Shown here: piece by piece, positions 25,249 to 36,700 of the stretch
Numbering within the stretch: the stretch's first letter is position 1
How the letters are laid out: each line of letters starts with the position of its first letter
Virus record (IMG/VR): IMGVR_UViG_3300014205_000203
Reading direction: 5' to 3' (one strand)
DNA from: an uncultured virus (IMG/VR IMGVR_UViG_3300014205_000203)
Lineage: Duplodnaviria; Heunggongvirae; Uroviricota; Caudoviricetes
DNA: 64,000 bases
Notes under the pieces: model-generated
What the model saw: only the letters and a program-made list of their open reading frames with translations
What the model was told of the DNA's origin: nothing
Database searches by the model: none
Translations under genes and position numbers: made by a program

Positions 25249-27576
25249 TTAATTCCATTTATCAAGTGCGAATATAACGGCTCCTATTTCATCCGGCTTT
25301 AGGGTTGTTTCCTGATGCTCACTTCTCAGGGCCAAAAAGTTTTCTAAACACATAAGCGCATACCCTTTTGCCATTACTAAATCGAATCGCTTTGTATCTT
25401 TTGGGTCAAATTCTTTAGCCTGTTTTATAAATCTTTCACTTCTATTCAATTCCCCATAATCAACCTCTCCATGTTCTTTATCGGCTCTTTGAAAATAGCT
25501 TTTGATTAACAGAATTATATCTGAAATAACGTCCACGCTTCCGGCTTTCTGATTGGAGATAAATTTTAATTTGCCCCCCAATTCTACTGGTAGATTTTTA
25601 TGATTGGCTTTGTAAAAACATATCACACCAGCTTGATTTTTCCATAGCATATAATGGCCCAGCCCTTCATCTTCCAATTTTGTAGCAGTAGCGCCATTAT
25701 TAGCCTCAATGATGGTTAACTGACCAAAGTAAAGTATGTGCTTTACAATATCTTCAAACCATTCACGGGGATTATCTGGCCGTGCCATGTATTCGGCATA
25801 TTGTATTTTGGTAACAATCTTTTGGGCTGCAGTATTTCTTGCTGTGTTTGGAACGGCAATCGTATCAATAGTTACATTTGAAACTACATCCATATTCGCA
25901 GCATCTTTCCAGTCCGCAGGGTCAATACCGCCGCAATAATTAAACAAATATTGATCAGGAGGAAGTAAATTATTGTATTCATCCCGTCCTCTGGCTATTA
26001 CATTATTTGTGTCTTGCGGATAGGGTTTATGATACAACCGCATTTTATCTGTCTTACCCCGGCGAACATCTTCGTCTGGTAAAGGCACCCACTTAACTTT
26101 TCCAAAAATACCCTTCGGTCTTTTATCCTTTCTACCTACTTCCCAAAGTGCATTTTCCCATTCTAAGTGTCCCCATTCAAAAGTCTGCTCTGCTCTCTGT
26201 AAAGCCTCCAGATCTTGTTCAAGTTCAGTAAATCTTATAGGGTCAAAAACAGAGGATGAATCCCCAACACTCCATGCATCCCGTTTTGTGTTGGCATATT
26301 GCCTTTTCATTTTCAAAAACTCATTCGGGCGATCTTTAAGAGCCTCTAATATGTTTTTGATTTTCTGCATGGCTTCCTTTTCATTACACCTACCGTATTT
26401 ATTGAATGAAGTTGCCCAGGATTTAAAGGCTGGAATGTGTACACAGATCAATCCTGATTTTGTTTTACCTTCTGAAAATTCAGTGATAGTACTTAGTTCA
26501 GAATCATAAAATATTTTCTTAGCTTCTGTAAAAGAAACGCCGGATTGTTCAGGGGTATAAGAGGTAATCCATTGCTTACCTACTGCAAAATCCTGAATGT
26601 TTGTACCACCAATATTTGAACGGTAAATTTCACCGAAATTAAACTTATACTTCGGTGCCTCATCATACCATATATCGCTAAATACGTCAACGTCAAAAGC
26701 ATTGATAACAGTACCAACGCACATAACAGTTGTGTTCAATTCATCGTCAGTAATATTTCTCTTGCTTGATTTGCTGTTGTAACGCTTACCGAAAACAATA
26801 ATACCATCAGCTTCACTTTTTGATTTGAAGTCGGGCTTTAAAACCAGAGGCAAACCATTGTAAGCATACATGAAATGATCTCTGAAAGTTTTTGCACCTT
26901 TATCTTTATCAATACTCATGTGACCAAGATTTATATTCTTAGTCATGGTAGATTTATTCAGGTAGTAACACCACATTAAGTTTGTGATACCTGTTTTTTT
27001 TGCCTTACTCCAATCGGCACCAGAAATTAGGGGGGATGCATTGGTATGCTTAATTATGTAGAAGAAATCACGTTGATATTCCCGGTAATCGAAGTAGTCG
27101 CCTTTTTTATCTGGCCTCTTAGTTTTACACCACATCATTGTAAACCAATGATCACCGGTAATATACTCTATCTCATTTTCATTTCTAAAAAACACTCCAT
27201 CACGCCTACGTTCAAATTCACGTTCATAGCAGAAGCGAATGTAATCGCTGTCCTCCTTGTTTAAGGTAATTGCATATCCATCACCATCAAATGTGGTTTC
27301 CTGTGCAAATAATTCATCTTCTTCATCATCAAAACCAACCAGTATAGTTTCATTGGGAATGAACTTAAACCAAATCTCTTTATAATCTTGCTTTAAAATT
27401 CTGTCCCGGTTCCAAAAGGCTGTTTCAGGACCATCATTTATAAAAAAAACTTCTGAAGGATTGGCTGGCAAATCCGGCCTTGCAATAACATGACACTTGC
27501 CACCTGGTTCTTCTTCTACCAGTTTAACCTTGTCCCACTTTAGACCTGTGTATTTTTTATAGTTTTCTGGTAGCAT
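25249..27576 (-). CDS. terL: Terminase large subunit
   Basis: ITGDHWF, YREYQ (adenine-binding Q), Walker A-like KAKKTGIT, Walker B WYDEA, nuclease GGIDPAD, IEAN and RFDLVMA. Confidence 0.9.
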   Translation of the reverse strand: MLPENYKKYTGLKWDKVKLVEEEPGGKCHVIARPDLPANPSEVFFINDGPETAFWNRDRILKQDYKEIWFKFIPNETILVGFDDEEDELFAQETTFDGDGYAITLNKEDSDYIRFCYEREFERRRDGVFFRNENEIEYITGDHWFTMMWCKTKRPDKKGDYFDYREYQRDFFYIIKHTNASPLISGADWSKAKKTGITNLMWCYYLNKSTMTKNINLGHMSIDKDKGAKTFRDHFMYAYNGLPLVLKPDFKSKSEADGIIVFGKRYNSKSSKRNITDDELNTTVMCVGTVINAFDVDVFSDIWYDEAPKYKFNFGEIYRSNIGGTNIQDFAVGKQWITSYTPEQSGVSFTEAKKIFYDSELSTITEFSEGKTKSGLICVHIPAFKSWATSFNKYGRCNEKEAMQKIKNILEALKDRPNEFLKMKRQYANTKRDAWSVGDSSSVFDPIRFTELEQDLEALQRAEQTFEWGHLEWENALWEVGRKDKRPKGIFGKVKWVPLPDEDVRRGKTDKMRLYHKPYPQDTNNVIARGRDEYNNLLPPDQYLFNYCGGIDPADWKDAANMDVVSNVTIDTIAVPNTARNTAAQKIVTKIQYAEYMARPDNPREWFEDIVKHILYFGQLTIIEANNGATATKLEDEGLGHYMLWKNQAGVICFYKANHKNLPVELGGKLKFISNQKAGSVDVISDIILLIKSYFQRADKEHGEVDYGELNRSERFIKQAKEFDPKDTKRFDLVMAKGYALMCLENFLALRSEHQETTLKPDEIGAVIFALDKWN

Positions 27577-27577
27577 A

Positions 27578-28147
27578 TTATTGTGCAAAATCTTGCGGAC
27601 CTAATGTGTTTTTTGATTTTCTTAAAGCAGTCATTGAAGGTTTTAATGGTTCATAGCCATCAATAAACCTTGCTTTTGCTTCTTCCATTGTATTCAGTAA
27701 TTCTTTTGCATAAGTAATAGCATCCTTCCTGTCTTTAAGTTTGTCCCCCGTTTGTGATTGTTCCAAACAATGCCTCCGAAGATCACGGGCACTCGTATAG
27801 TCAACAAAGGCTTCGTTATTTTGATAGGCTAACCAATTATCAATAGCCTTACGTACATCAGCACTTTTTAAATTAGCAACAGCATCAAAAACATTTTCAT
27901 CGTCTGGTAAGCCAGATTTTTCATAAATTTTTTTATGCAGGGTTATCCAAGAGTTGCCAAATGTATGCAGCAACTCACTTTCAAGGGAATAAGCATAAAG
28001 AATAAATTTTACTGCGCCAGAAAATAAACTATCATCACTGAACTCTTTTTGCAATGGCTCAAAGATTTCCGGGATTTCAATTTCTTTCAGATAGCCAACA
28101 AGATTTCCGGCATTGTAGGCTATTATTTCTTTAAAGGGACTTATCAT
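27578..28147 (-). CDS. Hypothetical protein, candidate terminase small subunit
   Basis: Helical 189 aa ORF abutting terL; positional only. Confidence 0.45.
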   Translation of the reverse strand: MISPFKEIIAYNAGNLVGYLKEIEIPEIFEPLQKEFSDDSLFSGAVKFILYAYSLESELLHTFGNSWITLHKKIYEKSGLPDDENVFDAVANLKSADVRKAIDNWLAYQNNEAFVDYTSARDLRRHCLEQSQTGDKLKDRKDAITYAKELLNTMEEAKARFIDGYEPLKPSMTALRKSKNTLGPQDFAQ

Positions 28148-28151
28148 TTTA

Positions 28152-28616
28152 TTAGTTTGCTAATTTAATCCCAAAATTCGCTTCCGTTATATTGTCCGTA
28201 CCAACTTCTATTAACAGCATACCATCACGAGTTCCATCTGTACCGGATAGCGGACCTGAACCTAAATTTTCGCCAACGAGTAACCACCCAGGCGGCAAAT
28301 ATGTTTGTGTGAATGTATCGTATTCATCACATTGAATAAGCCAGCTTATAACTACTTTATAAGTAGTATTTACAGGAACATTGGTAAATGTATAGGTATC
28401 AAAAACAGCATGAATACCTTGTATAATGTGATTATCCGATGTGTCAAGGAGATAGACGTTCATCCCGTTGGTGATATTATACGGACCACCAGAACCATTG
28501 ATCTGCAGGTCAGTTAATCCATTGGCATCGTTATATACATGGCCGGAAATAGTTACCTGACCGAATGATACGAGAGCAGTTAAAAAAAGAGAGATGATAA
28601 TAATTGTCTTTTTCAT
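28152..28616 (-). CDS. Signal-peptide protein with an SdrD-B/prealbumin-like beta domain
   Basis: MKKTIIIISLFLTALVSFGQ followed by ISGHVYNDANG...YTFTNVP...ANFGI. Confidence 0.65.
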   Translation of the reverse strand: MKKTIIIISLFLTALVSFGQVTISGHVYNDANGLTDLQINGSGGPYNITNGMNVYLLDTSDNHIIQGIHAVFDTYTFTNVPVNTTYKVVISWLIQCDEYDTFTQTYLPPGWLLVGENLGSGPLSGTDGTRDGMLLIEVGTDNITEANFGIKLAN

Positions 28617-28635
28617 TTGCAATTTTATTATTGGT

Positions 28636-30945
28636 TTAAAAATTAGATTCTACCCAAATGGAATTTAGCTTGTAGCCTATAACAGAATTAGTACCTCCTA
28701 CACTCATCCATCCTTTTGCTGCCAGTAAAGTGTTAGCTGCTGGCATATCCGTAGAAGTTGAGCCGGTAACAACAGCGCCGCCTTGTGCCAAATCAACAAG
28801 AGTATAGGTAACTGTTGAACTATTCGGCTGTATTACCATTCTTAATTCATATAAGCTGGTACGATCAACCGTTGGAACAGGAATCCCCAGGTCAGTTTTA
28901 TTTGCAGTGCCGGAACCGTCATTGGTCATAAACTGAATGTTCGCATCTGCGGCATCCCATCCCACGCCTATTTGATTAACTATTGACGAAGGTTCAACAT
29001 CTGTTGGTGCCGCTGCTGAAGATCCTACACCTGTAAACATTCTTGTCGTTGCGGTTGCTACACCAGTTGCAGGACCGAACCTGCATATAAAAGTAAAACC
29101 ACCATCACCAGCGGAACCACCAATAAAATTCTGTGTGGCTGTTTCCCTGAATCCGGCAATAGCATTGGTGGCAGCAACGGTAACAAGAAATTCAAGACCT
29201 GGGCTTTGCGTGTATCTGTTTGTTGTTGACACGTTTATTGTTGTGGCAGTACCAATTGCATTGACTGTCCACCCTACCTGACCAAGTGTTGTACCATTAC
29301 CATTACCCACGGCCCACTTCACCCTTTTCATGCCATTTGGAGAAGTTAAGGCTCTTAATAAAGTTCCGGTTCCATCTGCTGTAACTACCTTTTCATCAGT
29401 GCCGGTTAATGAACTTGCTTTGATACTACCGACAACATCTACTGCGGCAGTAGGGACTTTCTTATTGAATCCAAAAAATGCAGTGTGAGCATCGTTATCA
29501 AAATACCCAAGATTATTTCCATCATCAGTTCTGAACCATGTTCCATTTCCGTCACTATTAAAATCACCAGCATCAACTATTCCAGATGCAAGTACCGTTT
29601 TTAATAGGCCGGAAGGATAAGCACCACCAGCAGCAGCCACAATGTTATTAGTGAATGTTTTTGCACCGGAAAAACTTTGTGTGGTAGTATTTACTAAGCC
29701 ACCAAATGAAGTGGAAGCAGGTTGAAGCGTTAATACATTGGCAGAAAAAGTTGCACCATTGGCATTCGGTGAACTACCAATAGCCCCCATAGACCACGGG
29801 GCTTGCAATCCCAGTGCTGTTACAGGTATTCCATAAACACCGTCACCTACGCTATCACGTATCACTATCTGCATATTCGTCATGGAGGAAGTGCGGCGTA
29901 AAGAATCAATACTTAGTTTCCCTTTTTCCAGAACAAAAGAAATAGAATCCCCTTCCATTCGGAATTGATTAGTTGCTCCAGTAGCTTGCAACCATACCCT
30001 GTTTGCTTCCAGTGTTAAATCTTTCACTTCTGAAATTTCAAAATCATAAGTACCGGCATTGCCTGTAAACAACCTGTCCTGCGTTGCAATATTATCTTCC
30101 ACAGCAAATCTATCAGCAGCAGCTACGGGTTGCCATGAAGCAAAACCATCAAGGTCAGATGTTAAAACATAACCTGCAGCCTGGGTTCCATCCTGATATT
30201 GAAATAGTCCACCTAAATAAAGGTTATTTGTAGCACCGATGCCACCAATATGAACATCTCCGCTATCAGCTGGCACCAAAACCGCATAAGCTGTAGAACC
30301 ACCAGCAGGGGAGGCTACGAATTTTGCAGCTATGTTGGTACCTGGGTTACTTCCATGATATGCTCCAACTATAAGTCCGTAAGTAAACCCGTTTGTAACA
30401 TCAAATCCTTTTGCAGTTATTATTGCCGCTACTGTTGTATCGAAACCTGTAGTGTTGCCGCCTTCGTGATAAACCTTAAAAAGCGAATGGCCGATACCAT
30501 TACCATTATTTGCCGTTTTCAAATGCTTTAAAACTAACCCATCGGTTTGAAGCATTGCACCTGACCAGTTCCATGTTTGCTGGTATGCTGAAATATCAAT
30601 ATTGTTTGTTCCTGTTGCGTTCAGCAATGTATTTATTGGCACAGTAGCGGAACCGCCGGTTGTTATTTCAACCCACATGGTAGTGGCTAAATTTCTTCGC
30701 CACATCTTACCATCAGAACTGGTGTTTACGATAATGAAAGGAACACCCTTTATATTGGCTGGTGCAGTTATAGCATTTACAGCCGTGGTATCAGTAAAAG
30801 TTCCGGCAACAATTCCCCGATCACCAGTGATGGCCCCGAGAAAATGACTATTCCAATTTGCATTTCCCTGGGTAGGGTTAGAGCCAAACTGCCCAAAGGA
30901 AAAAAGAGATGTAAATGTGAACAGTATTAAAAATATTTTTTTCAT
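28636..30945 (-). CDS. Fibre/spike-like protein with an N-terminal signal peptide
   Basis: ATG 30945 gives MKKIFLILFTFTSLFSFGQ. G/T/N-rich fibre motifs include GYVLTSDLDGFASWQ, TTTQSFSGAKTF and KVVTADGTG. Confidence 0.6.
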   Translation of the reverse strand: MKKIFLILFTFTSLFSFGQFGSNPTQGNANWNSHFLGAITGDRGIVAGTFTDTTAVNAITAPANIKGVPFIIVNTSSDGKMWRRNLATTMWVEITTGGSATVPINTLLNATGTNNIDISAYQQTWNWSGAMLQTDGLVLKHLKTANNGNGIGHSLFKVYHEGGNTTGFDTTVAAIITAKGFDVTNGFTYGLIVGAYHGSNPGTNIAAKFVASPAGGSTAYAVLVPADSGDVHIGGIGATNNLYLGGLFQYQDGTQAAGYVLTSDLDGFASWQPVAAADRFAVEDNIATQDRLFTGNAGTYDFEISEVKDLTLEANRVWLQATGATNQFRMEGDSISFVLEKGKLSIDSLRRTSSMTNMQIVIRDSVGDGVYGIPVTALGLQAPWSMGAIGSSPNANGATFSANVLTLQPASTSFGGLVNTTTQSFSGAKTFTNNIVAAAGGAYPSGLLKTVLASGIVDAGDFNSDGNGTWFRTDDGNNLGYFDNDAHTAFFGFNKKVPTAAVDVVGSIKASSLTGTDEKVVTADGTGTLLRALTSPNGMKRVKWAVGNGNGTTLGQVGWTVNAIGTATTINVSTTNRYTQSPGLEFLVTVAATNAIAGFRETATQNFIGGSAGDGGFTFICRFGPATGVATATTRMFTGVGSSAAAPTDVEPSSIVNQIGVGWDAADANIQFMTNDGSGTANKTDLGIPVPTVDRTSLYELRMVIQPNSSTVTYTLVDLAQGGAVVTGSTSTDMPAANTLLAAKGWMSVGGTNSVIGYKLNSIWVESNF

Positions 30946-30955
30946 AATGGCATTT

Positions 30956-31627
30956 TTATACTTTGCGATTGTAAGGACCAACAATTTTACTTCCATCATA
31001 CATAACAACAGTGATGGTGGTAATAATTCCAGTATCATAATCGACCGTGTAATCTTCGTTAATTTCTGTAAACACCTGTTTGTCGATGATAAGAAATTTA
31101 AGATCCTTTCCTCCTATCAAGTCATTACTTTGGAAGGTATTTGTTTCTTCTGTTGTTGTCCCGGATAAACAGTCATACACATATCCACTTCCTTCACTGC
31201 AACACTTTGCTTTTGGTTGGCCGTATTGATCAATTACAGAAACAGAACCACCCCGGCCAAATGGAGGAACAATTGTACCTTTCTCATATTCCAATCCCTC
31301 AATGGTATAGTTTACATGGCCGGACCTGGGCACCAGCCAAAGATAATCGCCATCCCCTTTTTTGATAAGTGAAGACAAGTGATAACCAACGGTATCAATA
31401 ACAATATCACCGGCACTTAATTCAAAAGAATAAAGCAATATTTCTTTACCTGTGATATGGGTCTTTCTGTAAAGAGAAAAAGAGAAAGGAGCGCCACCAT
31501 TATTAAAATTCAAGCCGGTAATACTGGCGCAATTACCATTTTCAGGAGTGTATATAATTATACCATGCAGCTTTTCAGTTCTGCCTTGTTGAAAGATGGG
31601 CCGTATTTCTCCGTTTATGTATGCCAT
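30956..31627 (-). CDS. Hypothetical virion-associated protein
   Basis: 223 aa beta-rich ORF between the fibre genes; C-terminal EDYTVDYDTGII. Confidence 0.55.
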   Translation of the reverse strand: MAYINGEIRPIFQQGRTEKLHGIIIYTPENGNCASITGLNFNNGGAPFSFSLYRKTHITGKEILLYSFELSAGDIVIDTVGYHLSSLIKKGDGDYLWLVPRSGHVNYTIEGLEYEKGTIVPPFGRGGSVSVIDQYGQPKAKCCSEGSGYVYDCLSGTTTEETNTFQSNDLIGGKDLKFLIIDKQVFTEINEDYTVDYDTGIITTITVVMYDGSKIVGPYNRKV

Positions 31628-31628
31628 G

Positions 31629-33692
31629 TTACCAGGTAGCTATTGCAACTCTTTTCCACGTATTAGTAGCCGTGGCTACGTAAATAAAATTAGCATCCCA
31701 GGCTATAGTACCTGCTACCCCTGCTGCTGCCGCACTTGCTGGCGTGGTAGAAGTGCCAACCGTTAGCGTACCATTTATAAGTAGGTTTTGACCAGCTTTA
31801 GAATCTGCCGTAAGCGATAATGTTCCTACAAGCAAGTGATATAAAAGATCATTTGCAGCATTTGTATTTTTTGCACCATTACCAACAAAGAAATATCCAT
31901 TGGCGGTAGTTTGATTAAGACCTGCTGCATACCCCAATGCTATATTATTACTTCCTGTTGTATTATTATACATTGCGGAATCTCCCAATACTGTATTTAC
32001 ATTTCCAGTAGTTGTTTGTCGCAATGCAAATGAACCGATAGCAGTATTACCTAAACCAAGAGTGGATGCAAACATTGCTCTATACCCTAATGCCGCATTA
32101 TTAGTACCCCCAGTTAAGGTACTCATTGCATACATACCTATAGCAGTATTCTGACCAGCATTATTTGAACCAACATAGGTAGTTGCATCAAAATTCCTTA
32201 AAGCTAAAGCGCCCACTGCTACGTTATTTACACCCGATACAAAACTTTCACCAGCTTGCGAACCTATAATTGTATTATAATTGCCAGTGGTATTTAACCT
32301 CATGGAATTATATCCTACTGCTGTATTGGTGATACCAATATTGTTATCTCTTAAAGCATTTATACCTACTGCAACATTCCATGAACCAGTGGTATTATTC
32401 TTTAGTGCCTTACTTCCAATAGCCACTGCATCGTCACCTGTAGTTACAGAAACCATAGTACTATCACCAATGCCTATTAAATTACTACCTGCAGAAGTAA
32501 GATTGCCAGAGTTCCTTCCTAAATAGATACTCAACCCATCAACCCCATCGGTTGCAAATCCTGTGGTATCATCCCTTAAAGTAAATATCCTTTCCCCAGT
32601 AGCAAGCCTCCAAAATTTATCTGTAGCTGTTCCATTAAACTGCAAGGCCGGTAATATCATTCCATTAGTGTATTGTAGTAATCCATTTATTTTTGTTCTT
32701 TGGGTACTCATATCTGTTGTTTCATAAGAAACAAATGGAGATTTACTTGTATCACCATCTAAATTTCCCCTGTCCAGAGAATTAAATACAATCATGCTAT
32801 CCAAGCTATTATTATAGTGCATGGCATAATATCCGAAGAAGGCATTATTATTTCCACCATTTTCTGTTTCGGAAACTGCACTACCTACATAAGTATTATA
32901 TTGACCAAATTGCCCATAGTGATGAATGTGCCACCCAAAACCTGTATTATGTGAACCACTATCTGAATGGGCAAATACACCACTGCCCATGCCGGTATTG
33001 TAACTTCCAACTCTTGTGTATTGGTAATTTGAAGTCCCTACGGCTACGTTTGAACCGCCTGTTGTTCCTTCCTTTAATGCAGAAGTACCTATTGCAATAT
33101 TAAACATACCCGTAGTATTCAATAATGCAGCTTTGTTGCCTATTGCTAACAATCCACTTGCATTGTTATTCCTACCTGCATAGTAGCCTATACCTGTGCT
33201 ATAATTACTGTTGGTTGCATTGGATAAGGCTTGTTCACCAATAGCGACATTACCAAAACCGGAAGTTATTCTTGCTAAAGCACTATCCATAATCCCCAGG
33301 TTAGAGCCTCCACCTTTGGCATCAAGCGTTCCTGCATTTCTGCCTAAGAAAATATCTAAATTAGTAATAGGGCCAGAACTTTCATACGTTGTATCTCGTC
33401 TGAATAACGCAAATCGTTGACCATCTACAAAACGCCAGTAATTAGTACTGGTGGTAGAATTGTACTGCGGATTAGAAAATACTGGATTAGTAATAACACT
33501 TCCAGATGCTTGAATAACACTCCATTTTGTGCCATCCCAATACACAAAATTATTATCCAAAACACTTACAGCCACCATTTTAATTGTTGGCTTAAATGCT
33601 GTATCAAGTGTGCTTAAAGCCCCTTTTGTTGAGCTTTGTGAATACCCGGTTACTGATACAAACAGGCAGATTAAAAAGAGGATCTTTTTCAT
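31629..33692 (-). CDS. Fibre/adhesin-like protein with N-x-A-x-G-x-x-A beta-roll repeats and a signal peptide
   Basis: MKKILFLICLFVSVTGYSQ, many 14-residue NxAxGxxA repeats, and a C-terminal GTIAWDANFIYVATATNTWKRVAIATW fibre-type motif. Confidence 0.7.
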   Translation of the reverse strand: MKKILFLICLFVSVTGYSQSSTKGALSTLDTAFKPTIKMVAVSVLDNNFVYWDGTKWSVIQASGSVITNPVFSNPQYNSTTSTNYWRFVDGQRFALFRRDTTYESSGPITNLDIFLGRNAGTLDAKGGGSNLGIMDSALARITSGFGNVAIGEQALSNATNSNYSTGIGYYAGRNNNASGLLAIGNKAALLNTTGMFNIAIGTSALKEGTTGGSNVAVGTSNYQYTRVGSYNTGMGSGVFAHSDSGSHNTGFGWHIHHYGQFGQYNTYVGSAVSETENGGNNNAFFGYYAMHYNNSLDSMIVFNSLDRGNLDGDTSKSPFVSYETTDMSTQRTKINGLLQYTNGMILPALQFNGTATDKFWRLATGERIFTLRDDTTGFATDGVDGLSIYLGRNSGNLTSAGSNLIGIGDSTMVSVTTGDDAVAIGSKALKNNTTGSWNVAVGINALRDNNIGITNTAVGYNSMRLNTTGNYNTIIGSQAGESFVSGVNNVAVGALALRNFDATTYVGSNNAGQNTAIGMYAMSTLTGGTNNAALGYRAMFASTLGLGNTAIGSFALRQTTTGNVNTVLGDSAMYNNTTGSNNIALGYAAGLNQTTANGYFFVGNGAKNTNAANDLLYHLLVGTLSLTADSKAGQNLLINGTLTVGTSTTPASAAAAGVAGTIAWDANFIYVATATNTWKRVAIATW

Positions 33693-33711
33693 TGTTTTCT
33701 ATTTTTAAATT

Positions 33712-36700
33712 TTAGTTTTCTTTTATCCATTTCTCTGCGGCAGCTTTGGCAGCTTTTCTATCATCACTATCTAATATAAATTCCGGTTGTCCTTTTTCAT
33801 TTATGTACATCATATTTTCCCAACCCGGATTCTTTTCAAGATCGCCCATATTTTCAATACCAAGAGTTTTATACCTTTCAATGGTTTTAGGACCGATACC
33901 AGGTAGAATGGTAATACTTGAATTACGTTGATAAACACCCCAATCTTCCAGCGCACCACCACCAAATATTCCTTCTGAAATATTGGTTGGTTTTTTAAAG
34001 TCCGAAGATACATTATTGCCAACAATCCAGTTACCCAGTTTATACCAATCTTTATAGGCTCTCCAAAGTGGTACAGCGGTTCTGTCACCAGCGATACTTG
34101 CAAGGGCTCCATTACCGGGGTCTATTTCATTGTTGCGGTAATAATTCATAGCATCATTAAACTTACTGGCCGTAGAAAAATCACTGGCGATACCAGAAGT
34201 TTTAATAACATAATTGGTTGCTCCCATCCATGCATTCTTATCGGTTTGAACATAATACTGAAGAAGCATTAAATCCGGAGAAACTTTTTTAAACAATCGA
34301 TTGCCCATGTAGCTGCTTTTAATTTGCTGCATAATGGAAGCCTCTGAAGTAAGCTGTTTTATTTCCAATTTAACTTCCGGAGTTTGCACATATTTAGATA
34401 GTTCCTCCAATCTTTTTTTCTTACGCTCCCTATCATCATCACCACCTTTGGTAAGCAGATAATAAACCACATATCCCATGAGTGTATAAGACAAACCGGC
34501 CATGCCCCTGCCTATTTGATTTCTGGCACCGAGCCTTTCTCTTATGGACTGCTTTATGGTATCTGTATTTTTAAAGTCAATATCTGCATTTGCATTACCT
34601 CCTAAGAATCCAGAAGCAATACCTAACCCTAATCCTGATTGGGCACGTAACACAACCCAGTTAGTTGCACCACCAGTAAACCGAAGTATCATACCATTCA
34701 TAAAAGTACTTCCCAACTTATGCCATGCCAGACGGTCCCACTTTTTAGCGGACCGCAATTTTTCTTCTCCTTTCACCATTCTGTCCCTGGCATCTTTGAT
34801 CATTTTAGATAACGGATTATTTGGTTCATGGCCCAATCCATACCCGGCTACATGGTAACTTCCTTTAAGAGTAGATACAACTATCTCAATTGCTTTTGCT
34901 CTATCTGTAAATAAACCATCGGTATTAAGGTTTGCTTTTACAAGATCATTAGCAAGTCTGGTGATGGTGCTATTGTTAACAGGGATGGCATATTTAGCGG
35001 AAAGTTGTGTGTTTATATTATTCAGAATATCAGAAGCATCGGTTTTTGCATCTTCAAATTTCTTTCCGTGTAATGCTTCATTTAAAATATTTGCAGCTTC
35101 TTCTTCTGTCTTACCATGCTGCAACAATGCCTGATACATTGCATTATGAAATGTCTTGTTTGTAATAACAGCTTTATTGGCACTATCAAACCCGAGTAAA
35201 CCAAGTCTGGCCGGAGCCATCAAACCGTATAGTACAGATTCAGCTTTATCTTTTAAAGTGCCTCCTTTCCATTTCCAACGTAGTGAATTTGAATATAATT
35301 CCCGTGGAGCAAAACTACCTACTTCTTCTCCGTATGCCTGACCACGTACAATAACATCAGCCAGAACAGAGCGATATACTTCCCGGTCTTCAGTATTTGT
35401 AAATTTTGCTTTGCCTGATAATATTGGGGTCATGGTTTCTTTGATACCAGATAACCAGTTTTCCATTATCGTTAATGGCCCCATAAGCATACCAGTCAGC
35501 AAAATATCCATAAAGTTTTTGATGGCGCTTATAATACGCATCAACACAGATTTATTGTTGATATTACGCTGAACTATCCGGTCAATATGCCTTTGGATGG
35601 TCTGCAAGGCAGAAGAAGCAAAAACATCATTGCCATAATTTTTATCAATTTCCCGATAAAGGTTTGATGCTGCTTTTGCCAATTCTTCAAGGTCGGCAAG
35701 ATCTTGTGCCTGTAAATCAGAAATACCAACAACACTGCTCAATAATTTGTCGTGGGCACTTTGAAAAATCCCCAGGTTATTTAATTCAGCCAATCTTTTT
35801 AAATCCGTTTTCTTGTTGCTGGCACGGTTGAGTGCTTCGGATTTATTTTCCATTTGCTTTAAACGCCACTCCACAATTTTTGCGTTTAGGTCGTTAAGTT
35901 CATTTACAAAGGAATCCTGCACACCATCAATAACAGAATCAGAATAACCTTTATCTCTCATTACCCGATCAATATTATTATAAATATCCAATACACTGCC
36001 GGTTTCATTTGATAGCTTCTTCCAGTCAATAACAGTTTTCCCGTCTTTCAATTCCTTGCCATAACCGGCCTCTTTCATTATGCTGGTGATGAAAGTTTTT
36101 GCTTCCTGTTTGGAGAAAAGAAGGGAGTAAGCGGAAGCCTTTAATTTGCCGGTCATTTCACGCCACTTTTGGGCAGTAGCATAATCTCCCTTTGCTTCCA
36201 TTTCCTGCGTGGCGGTATCTAACTGGTCTTTCATGGAATTAAAGAGATCATCAATACCGTTCAACCGTCCGTTAATATCTGTCATGCCCAAATTTTCATA
36301 TCCGAGTGCCTGGGTGAGCAATTCCTCCCAGTCCTTTTGATCTTTTGGAACGGCGCTATTCGTAAGATTAAGTTTGCGCTGTATGCCTTTCCATAAAGCC
36401 TCCTGCATCATACGCATATCAGAATAGATGGGGTCTGATATTTCAGTGTTTAATTTGGTGAACATATTTAAAATGCCATTCACCACTTCCAAATCAGGGC
36501 TATTCTGCCCTATTTGCCTTTCAAGCTGCTCTGGTGCTTCCAGACGGGCAGCACGGTTTATTGCATCGTTATAGCTTTTTAAAGCATATTCGTTAACGTC
36601 ATGGTCAGAATCAAATTGAGCATAGGATTTTGGCAGCACATCATTATAGATAAAGCCAATGGTTTGCAGGTCCACTTCAATGCCACTCATTCTGATATCA

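Noticed and set aside
22755..27576. Introns or inteins in terminase or portal
   Set aside because: The ORFs are continuous and of plausible size, and I saw no intein splice or LAGLIDADG/HNH motifs.
28636..33692. Diversity-generating retroelement targeting the fibre genes
   Set aside because: No reverse transcriptase and no adenine-specific TR/VR repeat pair was noticed by eye. A nucleotide self-alignment of the whole genome would be needed to exclude it fully.
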